DNA of 64,000 nucleotides, taken from an uncultured Gemmatimonadales bacterium. Its GTDB lineage: Bacteria > Gemmatimonadota > Gemmatimonadetes > Gemmatimonadales > GWC2-71-9. A program made the position numbers and the translations under genes. The stretch is from positions 192,001 to 256,000 of the forward strand of contig CAVOGR010000007.1 of assembly GCA_963695555.1 (NCBI GenBank), read 5' to 3'. The notes beneath the pieces were generated by a model, which saw only the letters and a program-made list of their open reading frames with translations, was not told the DNA's origin and did not search any database. Of the stretch, positions 10,154 through 20,672 are shown in pieces; position 1 is the stretch's first letter; every line of letters starts with the position of its first letter.

Positions 10154-11818
10154 TCAGACATGTTCGCGATAGTTCGGGTCATACATCAGGGACGTGATAT
10201 GCGCCTTCAGGTCGGCCGGCGGCGGCCCGGCCGCCTGGCCGTGCTCGAACGCCACGTGGGCCACGCTCAACGCCACAGCCGCGGACACCTCCCGGATCGA
10301 CTCGAGCGGCGGATAGATCGACCCCTGCTTCAACAGATCTTCATCGACGCTTTCCGCGAGCGTCTTGGCGGCCGCATGGAACATGGCATCGGTCACCCGA
10401 GTTGCGCCCGAGGCAATGACGCCCAAGCCCACGCCCGGAAAGATGTAGGCATTGTTGCCTTGGCCCGGAACGAATGTCTGGTCTCGGTAGGTGACCTCGT
10501 CAAACGGGCTCCCGCTGGCAAAGACCGCCCGGCCCTCGGTCCAGCCGTAGGCCTCCTCCGCCGTGCACTCCGACTTCGAGGTCGGGTTCGACAGCGCCAA
10601 GACAATGGGTCGGTCGTTCAACCGCGCCATGGCGCGCAGAATCGGCTCGGTGAACGTCTTCGGCTGCGCTGACACTCCCACTAACGCCGTCGGCCCGAGC
10701 GCCTCGACCGCGCCGAGGAGATCGGGAATGAAGGCATGGTCATGCGCGAATGGGAGCTTATGCTCCGCGAGATCGCGACGCGATGCCACGACCAACCCCT
10801 TGGAGTCCACGAACCAGCAGCGCCGCATCGCTTCGGCCTCGTCCATGCCCTGGCCCATCATGGCGGAGGCGATGAGGTGGGCGATGCCGGTGGCCGCGGA
10901 TCCCGCGCCCAGGAATAGCACGGTTTGATCGGTGAGCTTCAAGTCGACGATACGGCCGGCCGAGAAGAGCCCGGCCAGGGTGACCGCGGCCGTGCCCTGG
11001 ATATCGTCGTTGAACATGCAGGCCCGATCTCGATAGACCTCGAGCAGATGCACCGCATTTTGCGTGGCGAAGTCTTCGAACTGGATGAGGACCCCGGGGA
11101 AGACGTCTTGAACGGCCTCGACGAATTCCTCGATGAGCGCGTCGTACTCCTCGCCCCGCTGCCGGTGCTGGGTGAGGCCGATGTAGAGCGGATCTTTGAG
11201 CAGCTCTTCGTTGTTAGTCCCGACATCGAGTGTGATTGGAAGGCAACGCGCGGGATCGATCCCGGCGCAAGCGGAGTAGAGCGAGAGTTTCCCGATCGGG
11301 ATGCCCATGCCCTGCGCTCCGAGGTCGCCAAGGCCCAAAATGCGCTCCCCGTCCGTCACCACGATGATGTCGACCTTGCCTTCGGGCCAATTCCGAAGCA
11401 CGTCGCGAATCCTGCCTCGGTCGTTGATCGTGATGTAGAGGCCTCGGGGGCGCCGGAAGATGTGCCCAAACTTCCGACATGCCTCACCCACCGTGGGCGT
11501 GTAGATGATTGGCATCATCTCGCGGATGTTGTCGATCACGGCACGATAGAACAGGGTCTCGTTCCGATCCTGGAGCGACGTGAGGAAGATGTACTTCTCC
11601 AGCTCGGACTCTTTGCGGCGCAGGTTCTCCAAGACGCGCCATTGCTGCTCGGCGAGCGTGAAGATGCGCGGCGGGAGGAGTCCGCGGATCTTCAGCGTGT
11701 CGCGCTCGGCGTCAGTGAATGCCGTGCCCTTGTTGAGCCTGGGGTCATGCAAGAGTTCCTCGCCCATCGGGATCTTGCTCTTCGCGGGTCGCGATGCGAC
11801 CGTCTTGTTCGCCGCCAC
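10154..11818 (-). CDS. maeA: NAD-dependent malic enzyme
   Basis: NKGTAF, YTPTVG, VTDGERILGLGDLG, FNDDIQGT, GAGSA, LSNPT, QGNNAYIFPG. Confidence 0.95.
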   Translation of the reverse strand: MAANKTVASRPAKSKIPMGEELLHDPRLNKGTAFTDAERDTLKIRGLLPPRIFTLAEQQWRVLENLRRKESELEKYIFLTSLQDRNETLFYRAVIDNIREMMPIIYTPTVGEACRKFGHIFRRPRGLYITINDRGRIRDVLRNWPEGKVDIIVVTDGERILGLGDLGAQGMGIPIGKLSLYSACAGIDPARCLPITLDVGTNNEELLKDPLYIGLTQHRQRGEEYDALIEEFVEAVQDVFPGVLIQFEDFATQNAVHLLEVYRDRACMFNDDIQGTAAVTLAGLFSAGRIVDLKLTDQTVLFLGAGSAATGIAHLIASAMMGQGMDEAEAMRRCWFVDSKGLVVASRRDLAEHKLPFAHDHAFIPDLLGAVEALGPTALVGVSAQPKTFTEPILRAMARLNDRPIVLALSNPTSKSECTAEEAYGWTEGRAVFASGSPFDEVTYRDQTFVPGQGNNAYIFPGVGLGVIASGATRVTDAMFHAAAKTLAESVDEDLLKQGSIYPPLESIREVSAAVALSVAHVAFEHGQAAGPPPADLKAHITSLMYDPNYREHV

Positions 11819-11995
11819 GGCGTTTGTCCTCAGGTAATGGATGAAACCGGTGCGCGCCCTCCGGGCGCGCTCGATCGAGCCGGTCTAAGTTCGCCTTCCC
11901 AGTTTGTCGCTCCGGGGGCCGCCCGGCAAGACCAGCAAAACCCCGCCCAGAGCCTGAGGCGCCGGGCGGGGTCATGCCGGTTCGGCGCCCCTCGT

Positions 11996-14146
11996 TCAGC
12001 GGGTTGCAGGCTGAGCCACCCCCTGCAGCTCGTCGGCGATCCGATCGGCGTCATACACCTTCCGGAGCGCCTCGACAATGCCTGCCGAGTGGACGCTGAC
12101 CGACCGGGACACCTCGTCGGTGAAAATGAACCGGTTAGGCAACATCTCGATGTTCCCGTCGAAGATGAGGCCGACCACCTCCGCATTGCGATTGATCACC
12201 GGGCTGCCCGAATTCCCACCGATGATGTCGTTGGTCGACACGAAGTTGATGGGCGTCGTCAGGTCGAGCCGGTCTTTACGGTCCAGCCACCGCTGCGGCA
12301 GGTCCCACGGGGGCTGGTAATCGAATTCGGCGGCTCGGCCGAACAACCCATAGAGGCTCGTCTTGTAGGGCGCGACCGTTCCGTTCATCGGGTAGCGCTT
12401 GACAACGCCGTCACTGATGCGAAGGGTAAACGTCGCATCGGGCGGCAGCGCCTTTCCGTACGCTGCGAAGATCGCCTGCCCCACGAGCTCGGCGTTGGCC
12501 GAGATCACGTCATTGAGGGCCGTGGCCCGGTCTGCTTGCGCGCGGGCGAGCGGCTCGAGCTTCCGAGCGAGCACGATCATGGGATCGTTGGAGGCCGCAA
12601 TGGCCTTGGTACCGCCGTCGAGCAAGGCCTTTCGGGCACCCGCATCGGTCAGCGTGCTGGCGTTGATCAGCGCCTCGGCCGCAACTTCGGGGCTCCGACC
12701 GCCGAGAATCGCTACCAGGAACGGGTCATTGGCCGGGAGGTCTCGCTGGGCTTCACTCAGGAAGGCCGCGAAGGCGAGCTTGTCGGCCTCGGTATCGATG
12801 GGCTGATCGCGCAGGATGAAGCCCTTGATCCGGTCGAGCCCTTCGCCGCGATACTGCGGCAGCCTGAGCTCATCGGCCATCGCCGCTTGCGCCGGCCAAC
12901 GGACGATGCCGCCGGCCAAATTCAGCAGTTGCGAGCCGCCGAAGCCGTAATACCGCGCCTCGGTAGCAAAGCTGGCCAGTTCCGTCTGGGCCTTGGCGAT
13001 GTTGTCCCAGGCTGGGCCGTACTTCTGCTTGAGTGCCGGGTCGGCATCGATGCGCCCACGGAAGTCGGCTTCGAAGCGCTGCTTCTTCGCCATGATGCCG
13101 GGATCGAGGAGTCCGGTCAGGTATCCCGTGATCGCCTTGTGGGCGTTCTCGAGACCAAAGATTTGATTCTCATACTGACGGCGAGCTTCCTCGCTTGCCT
13201 GTGCCAGCTCCCGAGTAACGTCGAGCTGCCGCTCGATGGCGCGGAGCTGCGCTGGATACTGGATATCCCGCAAGTACTCCATCTGCGCCATGGTGAGGAG
13301 CCGCCCCGTCGAGCCCGGGTTGCCGGTGACGAAAACCAGTTCGCCTTCGGCCGCGCCGTTCTTGCTCCACGGGAAGTAATGCGCTGGCTTGTACGGCTGG
13401 CCACCTTCATACGCGCGCAGCAGCGTCAGGTCGAGATCGTATCGTGGGTAGGTGAAGTTGTCGGGATCGCCGCCAAAGAAGCTCGTCCGACCCTCTGGAG
13501 CAAACACCAACCGGATGTCGCTGAAGCGCTTGTAGCGATACAGCGAGTACATACCGCCCTGGTAAAATCGAACTACCTGGCAGTTGAAGCCGGTGCCGCT
13601 CTGGCATTGGTTCTCGATGGCCTCGATGATCGAGTCGCGCTGGGCGACTTGCTTGGCCGGTGTGGTAGCGGTGACAGCCCCGCGTACCCTGGTCGTGACG
13701 TCCTCGATGGACTGCAGCTGGTCCACCCACAGGCCCGGGCAGGCACGCTCTTCCTCCTGCGTCCGCGCGCTGAAGCCGGTATCCTGGTAGTTGGTGTCCG
13801 CCGGCGAGACCGCGGTAATGCAGCCGCGGGAACAGTGGTGATTGGTCATCACGAGCCCGTTATCGGACACGAACGAGGAGGAGCAATTCGGCAGCCGAAC
13901 CGACGCAAGCCGAACCCTGTCCAGCCAGGCCTGATCCGGAGCGAAGTCGTACGTCGCCTTCCAATAGTCGAGTGGAGGGGCGTCGAACGTCCACATCGTC
14001 CCGAATTCTTTGATGAATGTCGATTGTGCGGCCGGCTTGGCCTTTGCCTCTGCCTTTGGCGCCTGTGCGGCTGAGGTGGTCACGGCTCCCAGGAGCCCTC
14101 CAACAGCAAGCAGCATGATGGAACCCAACGACTGAATGCGACTCAT
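11996..14146 (-). CDS. S46 family dipeptidyl peptidase
   Basis: MWTF, CSSSFVS, TNHHC, FGGDPDNF, PDATFTLR, DIIGGNSGSP, FDGN; signal peptide; GGAG RBS before 14146. Confidence 0.92.
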   Translation of the reverse strand: MSRIQSLGSIMLLAVGGLLGAVTTSAAQAPKAEAKAKPAAQSTFIKEFGTMWTFDAPPLDYWKATYDFAPDQAWLDRVRLASVRLPNCSSSFVSDNGLVMTNHHCSRGCITAVSPADTNYQDTGFSARTQEEERACPGLWVDQLQSIEDVTTRVRGAVTATTPAKQVAQRDSIIEAIENQCQSGTGFNCQVVRFYQGGMYSLYRYKRFSDIRLVFAPEGRTSFFGGDPDNFTYPRYDLDLTLLRAYEGGQPYKPAHYFPWSKNGAAEGELVFVTGNPGSTGRLLTMAQMEYLRDIQYPAQLRAIERQLDVTRELAQASEEARRQYENQIFGLENAHKAITGYLTGLLDPGIMAKKQRFEADFRGRIDADPALKQKYGPAWDNIAKAQTELASFATEARYYGFGGSQLLNLAGGIVRWPAQAAMADELRLPQYRGEGLDRIKGFILRDQPIDTEADKLAFAAFLSEAQRDLPANDPFLVAILGGRSPEVAAEALINASTLTDAGARKALLDGGTKAIAASNDPMIVLARKLEPLARAQADRATALNDVISANAELVGQAIFAAYGKALPPDATFTLRISDGVVKRYPMNGTVAPYKTSLYGLFGRAAEFDYQPPWDLPQRWLDRKDRLDLTTPINFVSTNDIIGGNSGSPVINRNAEVVGLIFDGNIEMLPNRFIFTDEVSRSVSVHSAGIVEALRKVYDADRIADELQGVAQPATR

Positions 14147-14650
14147 GATGAATCTCCACACGAGGAAGCGGTGCACGCGGCGGGGCCCGCCGAGCGGGTC
14201 ACCCTCCAATCCGAGAAGGAATGCACTGGATACGATGAAAGAACCATGAAGCAGCGGTGAATCCACTCAGAGAATTCGCCCCTTAGCAAGAACCTGACGG
14301 ACGAAGGAGAGGCGCGAACTCGTTGACGCGAGGACACAAGTCACCGCGCCGAGAACCGGGCACAAAGGCGGGCTCGGCGGGCGGCTCCGGCGACAGGATC
14401 ATAACTTAACCGGGTCGGGGCCGGCATAGGCCGGGACCCAGGCGGATCCATGGCCTCCGGGCTGCCAAACCAGGCAGCTCACCGGCGCCCGCTTGCGACT
14501 ACCCCCGCTAGTTAAGCATACGTCTGCCTCTACTCGTCCGTTTCAGCACGAAATGTTGCGTTGGAAGTGGCCCACGTAAGCAATGAGGCATGAGGGCATT
14601 CGCTTTATGCGCTCTAAACGCTGGCCCCACGGCCGACATCCAATGGGTAG

Positions 14651-15232
14651 ATGCCCGTGAGCGCGAGATCCAGGGATTCCAAGCCCGAGGCCGGCAGGGC
14701 CGCCTCATCGACCCCCGACGTCCCTGCCCTGGTGGCGCGGGTGCAGGCGGGGGAGATCGAGGCATTTGAGCCGCTCTACCGACATCATGTCGATCGGGTC
14801 TACGCCCTCTGCCTGCGCATGACCGGGCACACAGGTCGGGCGAAGGAACTGACTCAAGATGTGTTCGTGCGATGCTGGGAGCGAATCGGAAGTTTCCGCG
14901 GCGACAGTGCATTCGGAACCTGGCTCCATCGAGTTGCAGTCAACCTCGTCCTCGAGCAGCACCGGGCCACGGCACGCCGCGAAAGGCGGGTGGAGCCGCG
15001 AGCCGACCTGGAGAACTTGCCGCATGTGGCGCTCTCCGGAACAGAGGACCAGCGACTGGATCTGGAGGCCGCCATCCAGACCCTGCCGCCGAAGGCCAGA
15101 CAGGTCTTCGTGCTCCACGACATCGAGGGCTACACCCATGATGAGATTGCCCGCTTCACAGGCTCGGCGCCGGGAACGATGCGGGCGCATCTCCACCGCG
15201 CACGCCAGCTGCTAATGAAGAGGCTATCATGA
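14651..15232 (+). CDS. ECF RNA polymerase sigma factor
   Basis: ELTQDVFVRCW, FGTWLHRVAVN, LHDIEGYTHDEIA, LHRARQLL. Confidence 0.92.
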   Translation: MPVSARSRDSKPEAGRAASSTPDVPALVARVQAGEIEAFEPLYRHHVDRVYALCLRMTGHTGRAKELTQDVFVRCWERIGSFRGDSAFGTWLHRVAVNLVLEQHRATARRERRVEPRADLENLPHVALSGTEDQRLDLEAAIQTLPPKARQVFVLHDIEGYTHDEIARFTGSAPGTMRAHLHRARQLLMKRLS

Positions 15233-15903
15233 CGCCCCACCTGCGGGACGAAGAACTCCACGACCTGGTCGATGGAGTACTGCCAGAGGCCGGACGGCAG
15301 ACTGTCGACGCGCACATAGCTTCCTGCCTGGAGTGCAGCGAGCGGGTCGAGCGGCTGAGACGGCTCCTGGCCATGGCGCGGGAGGCACCGCGCGGAGTCG
15401 CCCCGCCAGACGACTGGTGGCCGGCCATCCGCAGCACGATCAACCAGCGGAAGATCGTCCCGCTCGGGGCTGTTCCGAACCAGCCTTCCCGGCCATGGTG
15501 GACGAGGCCGTGGGCCTTGGCCGCCGCCGCCATGCTGTTGGTCGCGGTGTCGGCCGCCGTCACCGCAATCGTGCTCCGGCCGCCGCCGCAGGTCCCGATT
15601 GCACGTGCGTCGGATTCCGGGTTCAGCGTACCATCGGTCTCCCCTCGCTTGGCCACCATGACTGCCAACTATGAGGGACTGACCCGGCAACTCTTAATCG
15701 ACTTCGACAGCCGGCGCGCCGCACTCCCCCCCGCGGCCGTGGCCCAGGTCGAGCAGAACCTGCGAGTCATCGACATAGCTATCAGTGAGATCGTGACCGT
15801 GCTCCAAGCCGAGCCGGACAATGACGTTCTGCTCGAATTGCTGGACACATCCTATCGACAGAAGGTGGCGGTATTGGAACACGCCACGGAGTCGGTGTCA
15901 TGA
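15229..15903 (+). CDS. Anti-sigma factor (zf-HC2) with transmembrane helix
   Basis: HIASCLEC (HxxxCxxC); TM segment; ATGA overlap with the sigma gene. Confidence 0.85.
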   Translation: MTPHLRDEELHDLVDGVLPEAGRQTVDAHIASCLECSERVERLRRLLAMAREAPRGVAPPDDWWPAIRSTINQRKIVPLGAVPNQPSRPWWTRPWALAAAAMLLVAVSAAVTAIVLRPPPQVPIARASDSGFSVPSVSPRLATMTANYEGLTRQLLIDFDSRRAALPPAAVAQVEQNLRVIDIAISEIVTVLQAEPDNDVLLELLDTSYRQKVAVLEHATESVS

Positions 15904-16784
15904 ATCTGTCCCGGGCAGCCATCGGCGTGACGGTCGCGGGCATCGCGTTCGGGGGTGGGCCGACCCTGACGCGCGCGCAGGAACGCATCGATCGCGGGCA
16001 TCCTGCGGCGCATGATGTCCGGCTCAAGGTCTGGGCCCCGGCCGGCTCGGTCCGACTCGAGGCCTGGGACCGTGACTCCCTCCAGATTCGAGGCACCGTC
16101 GACCAGGGGAAGCTGTTCGCGGGCGGCGGGCGCGACGCGATGAAGGTGGCGGTTGAGGACCCCACAGGGGCGAATCTCTCGCCTGTGGCCGACCTGGTGA
16201 TTCGAGTTCCACGCGGCGCCCAAGTCTCCGTCAAGACCGTGACCGGCGCGATCGAAGCCGTCGATGTGACCGGCTGGTATAACTCAGTGAGCGGGAGTAT
16301 CCGGCTCCGCGGCGCGGCACGGCGGCTCGAAGCCGAGAGCCTGGACGGCGACATCACGCTTCAGGCCGAAGCCCCATGGGTGCGGGTACGCACCGGGAGC
16401 GGTACCCTCACCATCGAGGGACGGTACCGCGATCTCCTGGCGTCCAGCGTCAGCGGACCGATCCGTGTCGTGAACAAGGAAGTCGAACGGGGCCGTCTCG
16501 AATCGGTTACTGGAGACATCCACTATTTCGGCCGGTTTCGGGCCGGTGGATCGGTGGATTTCGACAGTCACAGCGGCACGATTACGCTCGAGCTGCCGGC
16601 GGAGATGGCCGGCCGGCTCGACCTCACCTCGGTGAGCGGCTCCATCGACAATCAGTTCACCGCGGATCGGCCGTCCAAGACTGCCACGGGAGCGGGCCAG
16701 CGGCTGGACCTCACCCGCGGATCGGGCGGTGTAACCATCACGGTCCGATCGTTCAAGGGCACGATCCGCCTGTTGCGAATGTGA
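15900..16784 (+). CDS. DUF4097-like beta-strand repeat protein
   Basis: Repeated SVSGxI/TVTG/SHSG motifs; signal peptide; typical third gene of ECF operons. Confidence 0.8.
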   Translation: MNLSRAAIGVTVAGIAFGGGPTLTRAQERIDRGHPAAHDVRLKVWAPAGSVRLEAWDRDSLQIRGTVDQGKLFAGGGRDAMKVAVEDPTGANLSPVADLVIRVPRGAQVSVKTVTGAIEAVDVTGWYNSVSGSIRLRGAARRLEAESLDGDITLQAEAPWVRVRTGSGTLTIEGRYRDLLASSVSGPIRVVNKEVERGRLESVTGDIHYFGRFRAGGSVDFDSHSGTITLELPAEMAGRLDLTSVSGSIDNQFTADRPSKTATGAGQRLDLTRGSGGVTITVRSFKGTIRLLRM

Positions 16785-16853
16785 GAAAGCGTCGCGGCTA
16801 AACACCGGAGCATCCGGCGGCATCTCATTGACGACACCCACTCAGGAGCTTCC

Positions 16854-17372
16854 ATGTCACGCACCACAATTGCTGCACTCAGTATCGCCGGGTTGCTGCT
16901 TGCGCTGCCTCTCATCGGGGCGGCGGCTACCAAGCCCTACGGACCGCCCTGGATCGCCGTCGAGTTGCCCGCCAACCCGCTGAACCCCGCAACCCGCGGT
17001 GCGGCGCTCGTGGTCCGCACCTACCGCCACGCTACACCCGAGCCAATGCCCTTGCGCGGCACGGCCGAGGGCCTCGTCCGGACCGAGCGGCGCTCGATCC
17101 CGCTCGAATTTGAATCCACCACCCAGCCCGGCGTGTACCGGGTCGATCAGAGCTGGCCGGCCGAGGGCAGCTGGATCATCGCTATTTCCGCGGGTGATGA
17201 TGCGAATATGGTGATCGAATTGGGGGGCAGCGATGGTGGGGTGAGCCGGGCCTCGTATTACGGCCAGTCAGCGACCGGCCTCGCCATCCGCTCGATTCGG
17301 ACCAACCAGGGCCGGCTTTCGATGCAGGGCATCGACCGGGGTCTCAAGGCACTCGCGCTCGCAGGCGAGTAG
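16854..17372 (+). CDS. Secreted hypothetical protein
   Basis: AGGAG RBS; signal peptide; GPPWIAVELPANP. Confidence 0.65.
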   Translation: MSRTTIAALSIAGLLLALPLIGAAATKPYGPPWIAVELPANPLNPATRGAALVVRTYRHATPEPMPLRGTAEGLVRTERRSIPLEFESTTQPGVYRVDQSWPAEGSWIIAISAGDDANMVIELGGSDGGVSRASYYGQSATGLAIRSIRTNQGRLSMQGIDRGLKALALAGE

Positions 17373-17423
17373 CAGGCGCGCCGGTCCGACGACAGTGAGG
17401 CGAATCCGCTTGATGGGTTCGCC

Positions 17424-17936
17424 TCACTTGTTGATCCTCACGTAGTAATAGACCGCGACATTGCGGGGCCGGGTCTCGGCAGCGCCGTAGGTCGCTGACG
17501 CGACGTCGATGCCGGCCGTGCCAGCCGGCCCTGATTTTCGGGACGAAATACCGCCCGCTCCGCGGCCGCGTGCCGCATGCACGGGGTGAGCGTGGGCCTT
17601 GAGTCCGTCGGGTTGCCAACTGCCGGCCACTCGTCCGGCGCCGTTCGGATCGCCCTCGCCCTCGTGACGCTGCCCCATCGCTTCATCGAAGCGGTTGAGG
17701 CCTCGTAGGAAGACACCACGGAGGTCAACCGCCACCGGCTCGTCGCGGCCATTGCGCGGCAGCGTCCAGTTGCGCTGCTCGGCTTTGCGGGCCAGATCCG
17801 ACTCCTCGATGCTTCGAGAATCGGCCGGTGCCCACCGGCTGCGCGCCGGCTCGAAGGGGAACGGATCGCCCACTTCCCGGGCGTAGGCCTCGGGGTCGAG
17901 CATCGAGGCAATGATGGTTCCGAGGGGAACGGCCAT
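17424..17936 (-). CDS. Phage tail-collar-like domain protein
   Basis: VPLGTIIA, DLRGVFLRG, Q.D.LKAHAH, ETRPRNVAVYYYVR motifs; GGAGG RBS. Confidence 0.65.
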   Translation of the reverse strand: MAVPLGTIIASMLDPEAYAREVGDPFPFEPARSRWAPADSRSIEESDLARKAEQRNWTLPRNGRDEPVAVDLRGVFLRGLNRFDEAMGQRHEGEGDPNGAGRVAGSWQPDGLKAHAHPVHAARGRGAGGISSRKSGPAGTAGIDVASATYGAAETRPRNVAVYYYVRINK

Positions 17937-18093
17937 GAATGTCCTCCACCTGATTCTTGATGACGCAGCGCGGCCTCGTCACAGCCCCGCAACTGGCATA
18001 ATGGACGGGATTCCTCCGGAACGCTACATTCACACCGGGCTCACGGGCGGTCCCGAGGCCGCGCAGTTTCGATTGCACGTTAAGGAGGAACGC

Positions 18094-18345
18094 ATGGCAG
18101 GATCGATCACGGTCGAGCGTTTGGTCCAGGAGCTCGAGAAACTCAAGACCCAGATGGATGCCGGGGAGCTCAAGCACAGCGAGTACGACCAGCGCTTGTC
18201 GCGGGTCATCTCTGAGCTGCGCGAGCGCGGCATCGATGCGGACCGGGCTGCGATCACGGCGGCGCTGGATGGGCTGCTTCAGAAGGGCACTATTGTCCCA
18301 TCGGTCAAGCAACACCTCGAGAAGCGGCTGGGCTTGACGTCGTAG
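18094..18345 (+). CDS. Small hypothetical protein (83 aa)
   Basis: Strong AAGGAGG RBS before ATG 18094; helical, charged product MAGSITVERL... Confidence 0.75.
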   Translation: MAGSITVERLVQELEKLKTQMDAGELKHSEYDQRLSRVISELRERGIDADRAAITAALDGLLQKGTIVPSVKQHLEKRLGLTS

Positions 18346-18356
18346 ACGACGCGACG

Positions 18357-18563
18357 ATGAACGACGAGACGTTCAACGTGACCCTCCGGCCATTCCTCAA
18401 GCAGTTCGGCATTACCGGCCAGCGCGAGATCGAGAAGGCGGTGGACCGGGCGCTCGCGTCCAGGTAGCTCACCGGGTCCGAGACGCTCCGGGCCCGGGCT
18501 CGCCTCGAAATCGGGGGACTTGCGCTCGAGACGGTGGTGGAGGGAGACATCAGTCTGTCCTAG
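18357..18563 (+). pseudogene. DUF6494-like small protein interrupted by in-frame TAG
   Basis: MNDETFNVTLRPFLKQFGITGQREIEKAV...SR*LTGSETLRARARLEIGG...VEGDISLS; TAG at 18465-18467; missing from the ORF track. Confidence 0.6.
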
Positions 18564-18869
18564 GCCACTGGGCAGACGCCGGTGCCTCGCTGGACGCCGT
18601 ACACACCACAAAGCGGCGCGAGGCGCCCAGAATCGACCAGTTTCCGGTCGCTATCGACTAGCCTGTCGACAACGCGCGCGAAGTGCAACATTCCGCATAG
18701 CCTTGCGGGGGCACTTGCCGTGTTGCACAACAGCAGCACTGCCCCCTTTGCTCACCAGTCCGAGCGTTACCTCTAAACCACCAGTGCAGTAGGGTTAGCT
18801 GGACTGAGACCCTGGCACGCCCGTTGCTCTACCTACTGCCGAGGATTCTCTCGCCGGCAGAGGGTGTGA

Positions 18870-20669
18870 ATGACGGATTCCCGAACACTCAGGAAACGAA
18901 CCGGGGCGCTGGGGCTCGACCAGGGCGGATTCGCTCTGGAGGCCACCATCTTCGTGCTGGTGCTCATGTCCGCCCTGACGATGGTGGCGGTGGTGGGGGT
19001 AGTCACCGCGACCCGGACGGCCAATTACGACTACCGCTATACGCAAGTCTCCTTTGCAGCCGAGGCGGGCGCGGACGCCATTATGGCCCAATTAGAGGAC
19101 GCCATCCACGACGGGGCCATTACCGACGCGGAGCTGGCCGCCATCGTCCCGCCGAGCATCCCCGGCTTCACCTTCAGCGCGGTGAACGCCAACCGCCTGG
19201 GAGGGGTCCAAGTCCAGTCGATCACGGACGGCCCGTTCGCAGGTCTGTACGCGCTCACCCAATTCATCGACATCTTCTCCGAGGTCCGGGATCCGATCGA
19301 CAACTCGGCTGCCGCGATCGTAACGGCCAAAGCCCAGTCGATTCCCATCTTCCAATTCGGCGTGTTCTACGAAAAGGACCTGGAAATCACCAACGGACCG
19401 CCGCTCGACTTCGAGGGATGGGTCCACTCCAACGGCAACATCTACCTGAGCTCTAACAACGCGTGGTATCGCGAAGTCATCACCACGCCGAACAAGGTGT
19501 TTCACGACCGGAAGGATTTCCACAACATCCTGAACGGTGTCTTCATCAACGACGCCGTCGGCACCGAGGTACCGCTCGATTTCGACAGCCGGAGCCATCC
19601 GACTCCGGCCGGGTTCATGACCGAGAGCCATGCCAAGTTCGACGACCGGCTGAAGACCGGTGCGTACGGGGTGGACACGCTCCGCGTACCGCTGCCGAAC
19701 GGCTTCCCGCCGGCGGAAATCGTGGCGCCCCGGCGGGTCACCGATGGGGCGATCGAGCGGCGAGCCAAGTTTTCGTGGAAAGCCGACTGGGCAATTACCA
19801 TCGATCTCGCCGGCCTCAACAACCCAGCGGACAACCTGTGCGCGGTCCTGGCGTCGATCCGGGACGGTGGCGAGCAAGTTCCGTCCGGGATCGACTGCGA
19901 CACCATCTTCCGCTTCACGTGGGATGCCTGGTTCGAGGGCCGTGAGAAGCGCTACGTCGACGTGCTGAACATCGATCTGCAGCAGCTGTTCAACTGGGTG
20001 GGCGGCAACCCGAGCCGTATGACCCAGATTCTGCACGTCACCTTTACCGGAACGGGCTACGATCCGAAGGGCGACGGGAACTTCCCGGTGGTCCGGCTGG
20101 TGAACGGCGACCAGATCGGCAACCCGTTCACATTCTCCACCGACTACCCGCTCTACGTCCAGGGACACTACAACCGCACCAACTGGAAGCCGTCGGCCCT
20201 GACCGGCGACGCCATCACGATGCTCTCGAACGCCTGGAACGACGCCCAGCACCAGTGCACCACCTACACTCCTGCGGCGCTCACCCCGGCGACCATCTGC
20301 GGCGGCTTCGTCCAGCGCCCGGCGGCCGCCACCCAAGTGTGGGCCGCGGTGCTGGCCGGCCATACCCCGACCCCGTGCGACCACGAGCTTCCGGGGTGCC
20401 CCGGCGGATACGCGGATTTCTACGGCGGCGGCGTCGAGAACTTCCCGCGCTTCCTGGAGAACTGGAGCGGGGTCACGCTGACCTACCGCGGCTCGCTGGT
20501 GTCGCTCCACTTCTCGGCCAAGGCGGTCGGCACCTGGAACGGCACCTACTATACCCCGCCGACCCGGGACTGGCGGTTCGAGACCCGGTTCCACGACCCC
20601 GCCAACCTCCCGCCGGGCACCCCGGTGGTCGGGAACGTCATTCACACGGCCTTCCGGCCGGTGTACTGA
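18870..20669 (+). CDS. PilX-like pilus assembly protein with large C-terminal domain
   Basis: QGGFALEATIFVLVLM prepilin-like N-terminus; AAEAG; GWVHSNGNI; GGVENFPRFLENW. Confidence 0.75.
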   Translation: MTDSRTLRKRTGALGLDQGGFALEATIFVLVLMSALTMVAVVGVVTATRTANYDYRYTQVSFAAEAGADAIMAQLEDAIHDGAITDAELAAIVPPSIPGFTFSAVNANRLGGVQVQSITDGPFAGLYALTQFIDIFSEVRDPIDNSAAAIVTAKAQSIPIFQFGVFYEKDLEITNGPPLDFEGWVHSNGNIYLSSNNAWYREVITTPNKVFHDRKDFHNILNGVFINDAVGTEVPLDFDSRSHPTPAGFMTESHAKFDDRLKTGAYGVDTLRVPLPNGFPPAEIVAPRRVTDGAIERRAKFSWKADWAITIDLAGLNNPADNLCAVLASIRDGGEQVPSGIDCDTIFRFTWDAWFEGREKRYVDVLNIDLQQLFNWVGGNPSRMTQILHVTFTGTGYDPKGDGNFPVVRLVNGDQIGNPFTFSTDYPLYVQGHYNRTNWKPSALTGDAITMLSNAWNDAQHQCTTYTPAALTPATICGGFVQRPAAATQVWAAVLAGHTPTPCDHELPGCPGGYADFYGGGVENFPRFLENWSGVTLTYRGSLVSLHFSAKAVGTWNGTYYTPPTRDWRFETRFHDPANLPPGTPVVGNVIHTAFRPVY

Positions 20670-20672
20670 GGC

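Noticed and set aside
10925..14074. 1049-aa plus-strand ORF and other long antisense ORFs (e.g. 1994..4042, 36529..38670, 19092..20816)
   Set aside because: They lie antisense to well-supported genes and have no recognisable motifs; typical high-GC shadow ORFs.
14270..14640. Possible ncRNA or riboswitch between the S46 peptidase and ECF sigma genes
   Set aside because: Only short GC-rich hairpins; no recognisable family signature.
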